A stretch of DNA of 63,283 bases, the filler included, from Basidiobolus ranarum (Eukaryota): the NCBI GenBank assembly GCA_040143965.1. It is 48 parts of 48 records of this genome, joined end to end, with 100 filler letters (N's around TTAATTAATTAA, not from the genome) between each part and the next. Parts side by side here need not be neighbours in the genome. Positions count along the whole stretch, not along the records: positions 37,051 to 38,269 come from JASJQH010005947.1; positions 38,370 to 39,588 come from JASJQH010005948.1; positions 39,689 to 40,907 come from JASJQH010005949.1; positions 41,008 to 42,226 come from JASJQH010005950.1; positions 42,327 to 43,544 come from JASJQH010005951.1; positions 43,645 to 44,862 come from JASJQH010005952.1; positions 44,963 to 46,179 come from JASJQH010005953.1; positions 46,280 to 47,496 come from JASJQH010005954.1; 40 more parts are not named here. One strand, written 5' to 3'. The translations under genes and the position numbers were made by a program. Below the pieces are notes generated by a model. The model made no database searches. It worked only from the letters and a program-made list of their open reading frames with translations, and was not told where the DNA came from. Of this stretch, positions 37,051 through 48,913 are shown one piece after another. The stretch's first letter is position 1; each line of letters begins with the position of its first letter.

Positions 37051-38269
37051 GTCATATTACGGCCTTCAACACCGAAGAAATACCAGGGAATTGAGGCTAT
37101 CAGAGCAAGTCCAAAGAAACTAGTTAACAAACCAATAGCTCCACCGACATTGGCATGTTTACCAGTGGTAGGATCTAAAGGCCCGGTCTGTTCGAAAATT
37201 GTAATCATCACTACCGGGGCAATGGCACCTGCGATACGCCCAGCAGCAACAGCAATACCAATACCACTGGAACGAAGATGTGTGGGAAATACTTCAGTAA
37301 GAGCGGGGTACGCTGTGGTCCAAGCCATTGTATAAGCAAACATGTAGGCACAATAAGCTAGCTGCAAACTGATAGTGACACCAGTACTAGCTGCGGTATT
37401 GGCTGCGGGTAAGAGGCAGCCTGCAGTAACAATGGCAAGAATGTAGTTGATTGGGACAAGCTTCTTACGGTCGACCTTCACCATGAGCCATGAGTTCAAA
37501 AGGCCTGCTGGCACTGTAGCCACGTTACCCCACAAGTAGAAAGCAGGCATATTCTCATTGGGAATCTTAGCTAAAGGAAGAATGGCCAAGGACATGAATC
37601 CAGCAACACCATAATCTCCGAAGGCTTGAGATCCATTGAGGATCATAGCATACACTGTACGACCAGGGTATTCGATAAATAGAGTGTACAAGTGGCCAAA
37701 GAAGTTCTCGCTCTTTGGTACTTCATATACCATTTTTTCAACACTATCTGGATTTTGTAAAGGCTGGCCAGCAAGTGCCTCTATCTCAGCAACCACTGCT
37801 TCAGCCTCCTCGAAGCGACCCTGGCTAAGATACCAACGTGGTGACTCTGGAAGGGCTCTACGAAACCAGAATACGCAAAGAGCAGCGACTGCACCACTGC
37901 CCATACCAATACGCCAACACAGATCTGGATCGACATATTTAATCAAAGGGATCTACATGAAGGTAAACAAGTTAGCAATGCTAACAATCCACTGAGAGAG
38001 GAGAAGAGAAGAGAGGAGAGGAGAGAAGTGAAGTGGAGTGGAGTGGAGAGATAGAGTGAGCGATCTCATGGATATGACTCAGCACGACATCTTACCTCAA
38101 TCAAGTTGGCACAGAGTGCACCGATAGCCCAGGTAGACATGACAAGAGTATTCACACCTCCACGATAATTTGCGGGGATGAATTCAGCAATTGTAGCATT
38201 GACAGCAGTGTATTCAGCACCTACTCCGATAGCAGTAAGAGCACGGAAAACCAAAAACATTGGGTAGTT
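37051..38269 (-). CDS. MFS transporter (sugar porter/SV2/aromatic-acid-symporter-like), internal fragment; intron 37953-38095
   Basis: FRALTAIGVGAEY, EFIPANYRG, LPESPRWY, EVFPTHLRSSGIG; multiple hydrophobic helices; GT-AG intron. Confidence 0.92.
37993..38060. repeat. Intronic purine-rich compound microsatellite (GAGAG/GAAGA/GAGTG)n
   Basis: Directly visible pentamer runs. Confidence 0.85.
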
Positions 38270-38369
38270 NNNNNNNNNNNNNNNNNNNNNNNNNNNNNNN
38301 NNNNNNNNNNNNNTTAATTAATTAANNNNNNNNNNNNNNNNNNNNNNNNNNNNNNNNNNNNNNNNNNNN

Positions 38370-39588
38370 CATCATTCTGGTCATATAACTGTGGTAACTC
38401 CATGGTATCTTGACTTTTGCCAGTGTCACCAAACTTTGAGGCAAACTACAGTCAGTGGACTCAATGGGCAAAACTAAAGTCAATTTAGTGCACTTTTTAC
38501 TGTTGTTATACACCAGGCTTTGTGCAGCTGGTGGCTTTGTATAGTGACTGTGCTTGTGATTATTTTTTCTAAGAAGCCTCTGGCTTTTATAGCACAAGAA
38601 TTTGTGACAATAATAGCAGGGCTTCTTTAAAAATTTGTGTTGTGGCATGAGAAGGATATTGTAGAAAAAAGAACACCTCCCATGTAAGGGTAGTATTTTA
38701 GGTATAGGCCATTAATATCATCTGCTGATTCTGAGATGGTGTCACAGATGAGTCATCAGGGGATTTACAAGATATTTCCGGTAATGCTGGCATGAGAGGA
38801 AAAAAACCAGCAAGAACAGAGGACTCAATTGATGAGCAGTCTAGCAATCTACTATCCACTTTGGAGGGCATTAACATTCCGGAAACTAACTCAAGTAATG
38901 ATGAAGCATTAATCAATTTACCGGATGTGTTCCTTTCCAGCAATAGTGCAAGTGAAGAGATTGTAATCCCCCAATTATATAGTAAATCAATAGTTGAGCA
39001 AAGTTCAACCAAAACACTGTCAAGACCATCAACTTCCAAAATGGTTACTATGCCCACTATTGAACAACCCTCAGTAGAAAATTTGGATCGAATTATTACA
39101 ATAAGGGAATCACAAGTAGAACACCATAATGATTTGTATGCAACCATAAGTAAAAACTATAAAGTTGCTATACAGGCCATGACAAGCAATGATGCCACAA
39201 TATTGCAATTAATGTGGCATTTGGAAGCAACTAGTCAACAGTTAGAGAGTCACTCAACAATATTACAAGACCTTCATAATGCTGTTCTTGTGCTACAGTA
39301 ACATGCTGCTCCCTCCATCCATTCTGATACAGGATTTCAGTCAATATTACACCATATATATGAATGTCGCCATGACAATCTAGCAGAGTATAATATGTGT
39401 CGGACCATTAAGCCTACACAACAACCCAAAATTGCTTGGGTGCACAATAGTAGAAATCTCATAGGAAAACCAGCAAGCCAAAAGACTCTGAATGTCAGAG
39501 CTGCCATCACTTGCTCTGATGAAGAGTGGTTTAACATTTTGGAAACTATGCAGAATCATGCCCAAAAGCACCTGGATTTGAGTCAATT
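38370..39588. mobile_element. CACTA centre: transposase start (-, ATG 38648) and divergent ORF2 (+)
   Basis: ORFs 38322..38648(-), 38792..39301(+) and 39395..(+); a deletion removes the ORF2 start. Confidence 0.82.
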
Positions 39589-39688
39589 NNNNNNNNNNNN
39601 NNNNNNNNNNNNNNNNNNNNNNNNNNNNNNNNTTAATTAATTAANNNNNNNNNNNNNNNNNNNNNNNNNNNNNNNNNNNNNNNNNNNN

Positions 39689-40444
39689 TCCACTAATTTC
39701 CATTATTGACAAACCATTTTTACCTTTGTTACTCCCTCCCACTCCACTTAACAGTGTCTTAGATTCTACTGACTTAACTTTTCTGCTTTGCAACATTCAT
39801 ACAAATACTCCAGATCTCCTTACATTAGTTAAGAAACTACAAAAGTAGTTATGGCTTCTTTGTTTTGTTTGAAATAAAGATTTCACCTTTTGGTGACTGT
39901 CTCCCCCCTAACCCTTCTAGCACAAGTTTGAAAAATCCATATATCTGAGAACTTCTAAGTTGGTAAAATATTCCAAGTAAATTCTGGTTGAGAATAATGG
40001 ATAGTATCTTAGTGAATTATAAGATAACTAGGTACTATGCTATATATGACTATATAGGTGTTTAGGCAAAGCTAATTTCAACACTAACTTGGCTAATTTA
40101 TTTATTGACTGTGTTTAAATTGGTAAATAAATATTACACCTTCTGGTGCTTACCATTTCCTTAACCTTTTAAAAAATGTATATATCAGTGAACTTCCAAG
40201 TTGGTAAAAATATTCCAAGTAAATTTCAATTGAGAATAATGGGTAATATCTTAGTTTAATATCAAATAACTAAATACTAAGCTATATTTGACTATATAGG
40301 TGCTTAGCCAATGCTAATTTCAACCACTACAACCTATATTGTTGGCATTTTATGCTAAATTAACTTATTTATTAAATGATTGTTAATCAACTTATTAAAT
40401 AAGTATGACCCCCTCTGGTGTTTTTCATCCTCTAAGCCTAGCCC
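39689..40444. mobile_element. Alternating LINE 3' tails (+; ending ~39915, 40166, 40444) and Copia-A LTR fragments (-; ~39916-40083, ~40170-40324)
   Basis: Three hairpin+CCTAA tails; each LTR piece retains the TTCAAC(A) terminus. Confidence 0.75.
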
Positions 40445-41294
40445 ACTCTGACCAATCACGTCGCTCAGATTCTGCGCTCTTATCAAGAGAGCAGCCTGGC
40501 GTAAGTAGTAGGAAAAGTGCACTCTTATCAAAATAGCAGCCCAAAAAAAGTGGTGGGATTATGAATAGTATATTATAAATTAGTGCAAGTAATATATCGT
40601 ACTATCTGTAAACTAATATATTATGGACTACTCACAGAGTATAAATAGTATCATCAACTTGTATGCTAGCCGAGTAATCATTGGTGAATGAGGAGTCAAT
40701 TCAAGAGTGCATAGAAATCCAAATATAGATTAAACCTGAGCATAAGTGCGACTTGGTATATATGTTGGATTGCTTTGATTCTTTCCCTAAACCTCTTTAA
40801 GCTCAGACCCTTGCAGCAGACTAAAATAAATGGCAAAAAGAGAAAATAAAGCTATAAATGCTTTAAAAATATGGTAAATACACGACTGTTGTGATATATA
40901 TTTATAGNNNNNNNNNNNNNNNNNNNNNNNNNNNNNNNNNNNNNNNNNNNNTTAATTAATTAANNNNNNNNNNNNNNNNNNNNNNNNNNNNNNNNNNNNN
41001 NNNNNNNTCTCTGGAGCATCACATGTCGATCTTTACGATGTCCTCAAGTATGTTGACCCAGTGACTCAAAAGCTTGGACAATATTTCAGTCAATATTTGG
41101 TTGATTATTAGAGTGTAGTATATTAGAGTATAGTATATATAACTTGTATTAACAATAAAAATAATTAATGATATATATATATATGTGACCCGCTCAATGA
41201 ATTGGTAAACATCCACATTATCTGATACTTTCTTTAATGTCCATTTATTTCAAAATTCTACCATAAGCTATCTTTCACTAGGAGATGAACTTGC

Positions 41295-41575
41295 TGATGA
41301 AGTGTTTTGAGAGTTTGTTGGAAGCGGTTTGGAGAACTAGAAAAATTGGTGGTTTTCACCTATTGATTTATTGGGTTGAAAGTTAAGATTTATAGTTTTG
41401 TCAAGATGTAAACAAATAGACATCTGGAATGTGTTAAGGAAGGTCCCAGAAACATATATGCAAAGTTTGGGTCTTAAGGTATATATGTTCTGGTAAGGGT
41501 AAGAATGAAAAGAGGGGGTCTGGGGAATGTAGTCCTCCCAGTATAAAAAGAAGTCAGGGGGTTAGGGGTATGTAA
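41295..41575 (-). mobile_element. Partial Copia-A LTR (~41295-41471) joined to a repeat homologous to 10610-10680
   Basis: Direct similarity; the second piece contains GGTAAGGGTAAG and GGGGTTAGGGG. Confidence 0.65.
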
Positions 41576-42326
41576 TCTCATGTTCACTCTTTTCACACTA
41601 TATATACAACTTACTAGTATTTAGGAAGAATTGGGCTTGCCTAAATTTTCCAAAGGTTAGAGATCTGACCTTTAACTCAAGTAAGAAAGAGAAATTATTT
41701 ATAACATTGTTACCATGTACTTTCTTACTTTTATCAGCTTTATTAAATTTGTAACCTTTTGCAATTTTTAAATCTTTGCTGATTTTTTACTTTCATTTCA
41801 TTTCATATATGTTCTATTTGTTGTGACAAGTAAATATATATTGAGCAAGTCAAAATCAAGTTTTAAAATATACAGGCAATCAATATCTACATGCTTTCAG
41901 TTTGCCTTACAATACTTTTAAGATGTATATGGTTGAATGTATATTAATACTTAACTTCGATAACTAATTACTTAGCTTAATTTCTCTACCTGTCTATAGG
42001 TATTGAAATTTGCAAGTTAGTAAGCAAAATTATCCATTGGCCATCATGTTGCAGATGCTTGTATATTCTTACTTCTCAACAGTCAGTGTCCTCAACCATT
42101 TCCTCATTCATTCCATAACCCTGTAGCCCAGGCACAATTAGGAATAAGTCAACAAGCTCATGATCAATTCTTTACAAACACACATTTGGTTTATCTGATG
42201 TTCATGGGGATGGTGGCGACCTCACTNNNNNNNNNNNNNNNNNNNNNNNNNNNNNNNNNNNNNNNNNNNNTTAATTAATTAANNNNNNNNNNNNNNNNNN
42301 NNNNNNNNNNNNNNNNNNNNNNNNNN

Positions 42327-43367
42327 ATTTGGGCAAGATTCCACACAGTTTCCAAAATGTTAAACCACTCATCATCCAAGCAAGTGATGGCAGCTCTGAC
42401 ATTCAGAGTCATTTGGTTTGCCAGTTTTGCTATGAGATTTTACTTTTATGTGCCTAAGCAATTTTGGGTTGTTGTGTAGGCTCAATGGTCCAACACATAT
42501 TCTGCTCTGCTAGATTCCAAATGCTGCATTAATTGCAATATTGTAATGTTATTGCTTGCCATGGCCTGTACAACAACTTCATGGTTTTTACTTATGATTG
42601 CATACAAATCATTATGGTGTTCTGCCTGCAATTCCCTTGTTGTAATAATTCTATCCAAATTCTCTACAGAGGGTTGTTCAACAGTGGTCAAAGTAGCCAT
42701 TTAGGAAGTTGATGGTTTTGACAGTGTTTTGGTTGAACTTTGCTCAACTAATGATTTATTACCTAATTGGGGGATTCCAATCTCTTCTCTTGCACTTTTG
42801 TTAGAAAGGAACACATCTGGTAAATTGATTAATGCTTCATCATTACTTGAGTTAGTTTCTGGCATGTTAATGCCTTCCAAAGTGGATAGTGGATTGCTAG
42901 ACTGCTCATCAATCAAGTCCTCTGTTCTTGCTGGTTTTTTTCCTTTCATGCCAGCAGGCTTTGGCTTGGAAGCCAATTTGACTTAAATTTTGAATGCTTT
43001 TTGAATGGTATTAAAATTTTCAGATGGTAAACTTGGTGTAATGAAATTGCTTAGAAACAGCTTTTAATAAACCAAAATTGCCATCCATTACTAGAAATAT
43101 CTTGTAAATCCTCTGATGACTCATCTGTGACACTGTCTCAGAATCAGCTGATGATATTGGTGAGCTATACCTAAAATACCACCCTTACATAGGAGGTTGT
43201 CTTTTTTCTACAATGTCCTTCCCATGCTGCAACACAAACATTTAAAGAAGCCCTGCTATTATTGTCACATATTCTTGTGCTATGAAAGCCGGAGGCTTCA
43301 TAGAAAAGATAATCGCAAGCATGTTCACTCTACAAAGCCACCAGCTGCACAAAGCCTGGTGTATAAC
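42327..43367. mobile_element. CACTA ORF2 (-) and transposase start (+, ~43225)
   Basis: ASKPKPAGMKGKKPARTED... and MLQHKHLKKPCYYCH. Confidence 0.82.
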
Positions 43368-43544
43368 TGTCACAATAAGAAACTGGACAAGGACTGGGAA
43401 CAACAACAAGAGGCTAGAAGGCAGGAGAGTACCTGGGTGTAGACCACAAGACAAGACAAGACAAGACTGGACAAGGAAGATACTTTGGCAAGAATCTTTA
43501 TTGATAACTGGCGTTGATCAGACTGAGGTCTGATCAAGAAATAC
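43368..43544 (-). mobile_element. LTR-C 3' terminus inserted into the CACTA transposase
   Basis: Sharp junction at TGTCACAAT; (ACAAG)n; matches 22195-22295. Confidence 0.75.
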
Positions 43545-44647
43545 NNNNNNNNNNNNNNNNNNNNNNNNNNNNNNNNNNNNNNNNNNNNTTAATTAATTAA
43601 NNNNNNNNNNNNNNNNNNNNNNNNNNNNNNNNNNNNNNNNNNNNCCGATTTAGTATTGCCAAATTACAATTTTGGGTAACTGACAAAGTAAGTTCATCCC
43701 CTAGTTTGTAACTTACAAATTACTGAATGTGTAACAATAAACAATTTATACTGTACCTGGCCCAATTAAATGTATAACCAAGACATTCACATGTTTTTAG
43801 GCCAATCATTTGTCCGTCACTAACACCGTAACCTGATTTTCAATTGCGCATAACAGCTCCTGCATTACAAAACACCAGTAGTTTTGGCACACCGGCGACA
43901 AATCATGGCACTTGATAATGGATTGATCTGCAGTATGATAGTAGTGATCAATATTGCTTGATTCATCATTTTTAGATTAGCAAATTATTTGTTCAATCAT
44001 GTAAGCTTCTAATTGGGTGAAACTGTGAATGGATTGAGCCATATCAAGTCAATACGGCTGCGCAAGCTTTTTATTGACAGACATTTTTCATTTGATTGTA
44101 GTGAAATTGCTTGTATTAATAGGCTATCATTGATTTTTTTGATATATGACAACTTCATGCTATCAGTGTTTCATAAGCACATAGGCATTTGTGATCTAAC
44201 TAAAGCAATTTATGCTACATTTAACTGCCATCCATATTGACTTTGCATGAAGTGCTAAACAGTAGAGATGGGATAATGTAAGTAGTAACAAGAGGATTCA
44301 GCAGTTGCCTAGGTTTGAAGCAGTACATGCTGATTTGCTTCTGTTACTTTTGTTGTCTCCTTGATATCTCCAAAGAAGAAACTTTGCTTGAACCTCTGCA
44401 CTGAGTTGGTTGGTTTGATCCTGCTGTAGTTCCTCTACCTTGGCCAGCATGAGTTGTGGCTTGAGGTCAATGTGCTGTGGTATGTGTTGGCTTGTCCAGT
44501 CTAGTTTGTGGTTGGTTTGCATATACAATGTCTTCTGCAGATGTGGAGCCTTCACTTAATGGGCCAACCAACCATTGGTGCTGGTGTGCAGTTCTATGAA
44601 TTGACATCAAATGTTGCACTTAAGATTTGTGCTTGACAGTTATTGAT

Positions 44648-44848
44648 TCTTCAAACATGGCTGAAGCTTCATCTCTTTCAACTGGACATGGCAGCAATTG
44701 TATAGCAGTATGTGTTGGAGTAAGTTACCTACCTAGAGGCTTGAGCTTGGCAGTTTGTGCCTCTTCAACCATGATAGAAGCTTCTTCTCTTTCAACTGGC
44801 TGAGGCCAAGGTTGCATGGCAGTATATGTTGAAGCAAGTCATCTACCT
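44648..44848 (-). repeat. Degenerate 114-bp (38-codon) tandem duplication in a decayed ORF
   Basis: GAAGCTTC.TCTCTTTCAACTGG at 44663 and 44777. Confidence 0.6.
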
Positions 44849-44962
44849 TGTGATTCATATTTNNNNNNNNNNNNNNNNNNNNNNNNNNNNNNNNNNNNNN
44901 NNNNNNTTAATTAATTAANNNNNNNNNNNNNNNNNNNNNNNNNNNNNNNNNNNNNNNNNNNN

Positions 44963-46179
44963 ACAATACTTTAGCTTAAAGATGAAGCCAGGAGAAGACA
45001 TTAAATCACTAATTAATAGAGTCACTATTTTAGTGGATGAAATGGAATGCATTGGAGTACCTACTACTGATCAAGATATTGTAGTTACAGTCCTGAATAG
45101 CCTGCCACACAAGTTTCAGAGCCTAGTAATGGCTCTAGAATCAAGAACTGAAAATTTCACCTTAAATTATATATTTGGCAGACTTCTGGATGAAGATTTA
45201 CACAAATCAGGATCCAACCAAAAGAATGAAGAAAATGCTTTAATAGGCTATGGGAAACCTTCCTATAAAAGTTAAAAGCACTTTAAGAAGAAAAGTAATA
45301 CATTCTGTGATTATTGTAAAGAACTTGCCATTTAAGCAAAGATTGCTTTAAAAGAATTGCAAAAGAAAAATGTACTGAATATGGAAATGTGGTTACAGCA
45401 GAAGATCACTTATTCATATCTGCTCTATCTATGACTACCAACAAGGATTCTCAGATGTGGTCTATTGATTCTGGAGTTTCCCAACATTACACAAATGCAA
45501 AACATTGGTTTGTGGATTATGAAGAAATCCCAATTAGAAGGGTTTTCATGGGAGATTACTGCACATTGGATGCTCTTGGAATGGGAACCATTCAAATCAA
45601 TTTAACTGGAGCTTCTGAAGAGAAAGTACATACTTTTAAGGATGTACTACATGTTCCAGATATTGCCAAGAATTTAATATCTGTATGCAAGGCCACCTCA
45701 AAAGGGCTAAACTTCAAATCTGATAAGTCAGGATGCACCATCACTGATCAAAATGGGAATTATTTAGCTTCAGGAGAAAAGGATCAAAACTTATATGAAC
45801 TTACATATAATCCAAGAGGTTTATATGTAAATCTAAGTTATTCCAATTAAGAAACTACTTAATTATTTACATAAGAGATTTGGCCATATTGGAATTGATT
45901 ATTTGAGCAAAATGATCAAAAATTGCATAATTTCTGGAATTCAAATTAACCTCCCTACCAAAATGGGAATTTGTGAGGGTTGTATATATGGAAGACAAGC
46001 CAGGCAACCATTCAAGAGCTCTGATTTAATCAAATCTGGCAAAAAATTAGATCTAATTCATTCAGATTTGTGTGAACCTATGCAAAATTTATCTTTAGGC
46101 AGAAAAAGATAATTAATCACATTTTTTGATGATTATACAAGAAACACTTGGGTCTACTTTATGGAAAGAAAAGAAGAAG
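44963..46179 (+). mobile_element. Copia family-A gag-protease-integrase, degenerate
   Basis: MKPGEDIKSLINRV, WSIDSGVSQHY, HVPDIAKNLISV, CEGCIYG, LIHSDLC. Confidence 0.93.
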
Positions 46180-46279
46180 NNNNNNNNNNNNNNNNNNNNN
46201 NNNNNNNNNNNNNNNNNNNNNNNTTAATTAATTAANNNNNNNNNNNNNNNNNNNNNNNNNNNNNNNNNNNNNNNNNNNN

Positions 46280-47496
46280 TGTTGAGTTATGTCTAATCAG
46301 TCAAATATGTGCATATGTAGAGACTAAACACAACAAGATTCTTGTATTTTTTGATTCTCATTATGGCTAGAATACAAAGCCTAAAATATCCAAATAAAGG
46401 CATGCATATTAATTCAAATTCCTACAGCAGAAAACCCAGTAATTTGCCATTCAAAAATTATTTTTTTGCAAAAATTGCTGGATATTGAATAACACATGCC
46501 AAAATTGAGGATCAATATTTTAATATATATGAATATCATTAAGATACCATCAAGAAACCACCATCACACCATCAAAATCCCCGGCAGAATGCAAGCCAAC
46601 AATATTGTGACGGTTCTCTGATGGTTTTGCTATTTTGGAGGGTGGATCCAATCCGGATCAAATTGATTTAATTTTTGTCAGGGATATGGTCTTTCTTAGA
46701 TAGCTGAAGATTGGTTTTACTGCAGTTTTGTGCTCAGATTCTGAATTCCTGAGATATTCTTTGACAGTTCCCCCTGCCACAGGAATGTCTGGATATGTTC
46801 TAGTCATTGTATACATTAAGCTATCCACAATGGATTGAAAAGGGAACTCTTGGCTCTGTTTCAAGTCATTTTAGCCAAAACTGGATTAAATTTTGATTAA
46901 CTTCACACTGGGATCCTTTGGTGCTGCTGTAGGCTGGCTATTCTCCATGTGGAAGCCTTTCATGATGTCTAGGATGTATCTAGACTAATTTGGCATGAGT
47001 TTCTCCTTGTGTGTATCTCTCTTGATTTGGATTCTTAGGAAACTACTTAACCCACCCATATAAGCCTTCTGCAGCTGGTTTGATATGCTGCTTTTGTTGA
47101 AATTAGCATTGCCTAAACACCTATATAGTCATATATAGCTTAGTACTGAGTTATCTTATGATTCACCAAGATACTATCAATTATTCTCAATTGGAATTTA
47201 CTTAGAATATTTTTACCGACTTAGAAGTTCTCAGATATATAGATTTTTCAAACTTGTGCTCGATGCCCCAAACTTTGCACACATGTTCCTGGGACCTTCC
47301 TTAACATATTCTACATGTTAGTTTGTTTACATCTTGACAAAACTATAAATGTCAACTTTCTACTTAATAAATCAATAAGTGAAAACCACCAATTCCTCTA
47401 ATTCTCCAAACCACTTTCAACAGACTCCCAAATACTTTAACAGATTATGAGCCCCAAGCTTGCACTCTCTGTAATGTCTACTTCTCAAATTTATGG
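46280..47496. mobile_element. CACTA end A (to 46683), Copia RT remnant (-), Copia-A LTR 47095-47442, PBS and gag start
   Basis: TTTTGTCAGGG terminus; FPFQSIVDSLMY; TGTTGAA...TTTAACA|GATTATGAGCCC. Confidence 0.88.
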
Positions 47497-47602
47497 NNNN
47501 NNNNNNNNNNNNNNNNNNNNNNNNNNNNNNNNNNNNNNNNTTAATTAATTAANNNNNNNNNNNNNNNNNNNNNNNNNNNNNNNNNNNNNNNNNNNNTGGC
47601 AT

Positions 47603-47814
47603 GAGAAGGATATTGTAGAAAACAGAACACCTCTTGTGTAAGGGTGGTATTTTAGGTATAGCCCATTAATATCATCAGCTGATTCTGAGATGGTGTCACA
47701 GATGAGTTGTCAGAGGATTTATAAGATATTTCCAGTAGTGTCTGGTAATTTTGGTAAATCAAAAGCTGTTGCTAAGCAAGTTCACTACACTAAGTTTGCC
47801 ATCAGAAAATTTCA
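47603..47814. promoter_or_regulatory. Putative 212-bp bidirectional promoter of the CACTA element
   Basis: Lies between the transposase ATG (-, 47602) and the ORF2 ATG (+, 47815, MPFKKHSKLKSK); the same 212-bp spacing occurs at 6079-6290. Confidence 0.55.
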
Positions 47815-47910
47815 ATGCCATTCAAAAAGCATTCAAAATTAAAATCAAAAGCAGCTTCTAAGCAAAAGCCTGGTGGCATGATTGGAAAAAAACCAGCAAG
47901 AACAGAGGAT

Positions 47911-48813
47911 GGTTGAAGTTTATTGTCTTTATCATATTTGTTTTCTCTATCTTTATACACCTAGCTATTTGATATATCACATATAAGTTAGTTAACATTA
48001 GTTGGTCCAATATTACCTAACTGGAAATTTGAACATATATTATAAATATATATGTGAATAATGTGAAAATTAGCAATTTCATGTTGAAAGTTTCAAACTT
48101 GTTCAAATTGCCAAGGGAAAGGTTACAAAAGAAGGAAACCAGGTTTGTGTTATGGTTGTAACAAACCAGGAAACCAGTTAAAAGATTACAAATCAAGATA
48201 TTACAACAACAATGAGAAGTCAGAACAAGCAAATCAGGTTTCAACCAAAGAGGAAGTTCTATTCATTTCTGCCCTATCAGTGACCTCCAAACAAGACTGT
48301 AGGTCATGGTATATGGATTCTGGAGCCTCTCAACATTTCTCTAATCAAAAAATCTGGTTTAAGAAACTGAAAACTGACATAAACAGCCTAGCAGAAATTT
48401 GAGGATTGTCATCATAGGAAAACTATCACAATTTTAATCCATTTTGTATTGACTGTTTACTTACTGTAATAAAATCATCAAGTTGGATTTAAATTTAATC
48501 AATCTTTTCAGTTTCAGGAGTGAAGTTTCAAGATCTTGCAAAATAGTTGCGCATGATTGGCTATAATCTCAGAGAACTATGGATCAATACATGTGCAAAA
48601 AACATAAATCAAATTTTACACAATTACCACTTGAACGCTAATTTGTCACCTTCAAAATCCCTAGTCTCTTTGATACATTCTCCTGAATATTTTTATAGAG
48701 TGCTTCATACCCAAGGTTTAGCTCATACCCAACACAAGTTTGTGTCAATATCTCCATCAAAGCCCACCATTATATTAACGTTGCTGAATTAACATTCTTC
48801 CAGCTATCTGGCA
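47911..48813. mobile_element. LTR-B fragment, Copia zinc knuckle-protease, CACTA end B (from ~48386)
   Basis: GTTGAAGTTTATTGTC; CYGCNKPG and WYMDSGASQH; CCTAGCAGAAATTTGAGG. Confidence 0.8.
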
Positions 48814-48913
48814 NNNNNNNNNNNNNNNNNNNNNNNNNNNNNNNNNNNNNNNNNNNNTTAATTAATTAANNNNNNNNNNNNNNNNNNNNNNNNNNNNNNN
48901 NNNNNNNNNNNNN

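Noticed and set aside
43110-43160. Hammerhead ribozyme core (CTGATGA) suggesting a Penelope-like element
   Set aside because: No properly placed GAAA with closing stems; it lies in the CACTA intergenic spacer, and no CTGANGA core is seen in the LINE tails.
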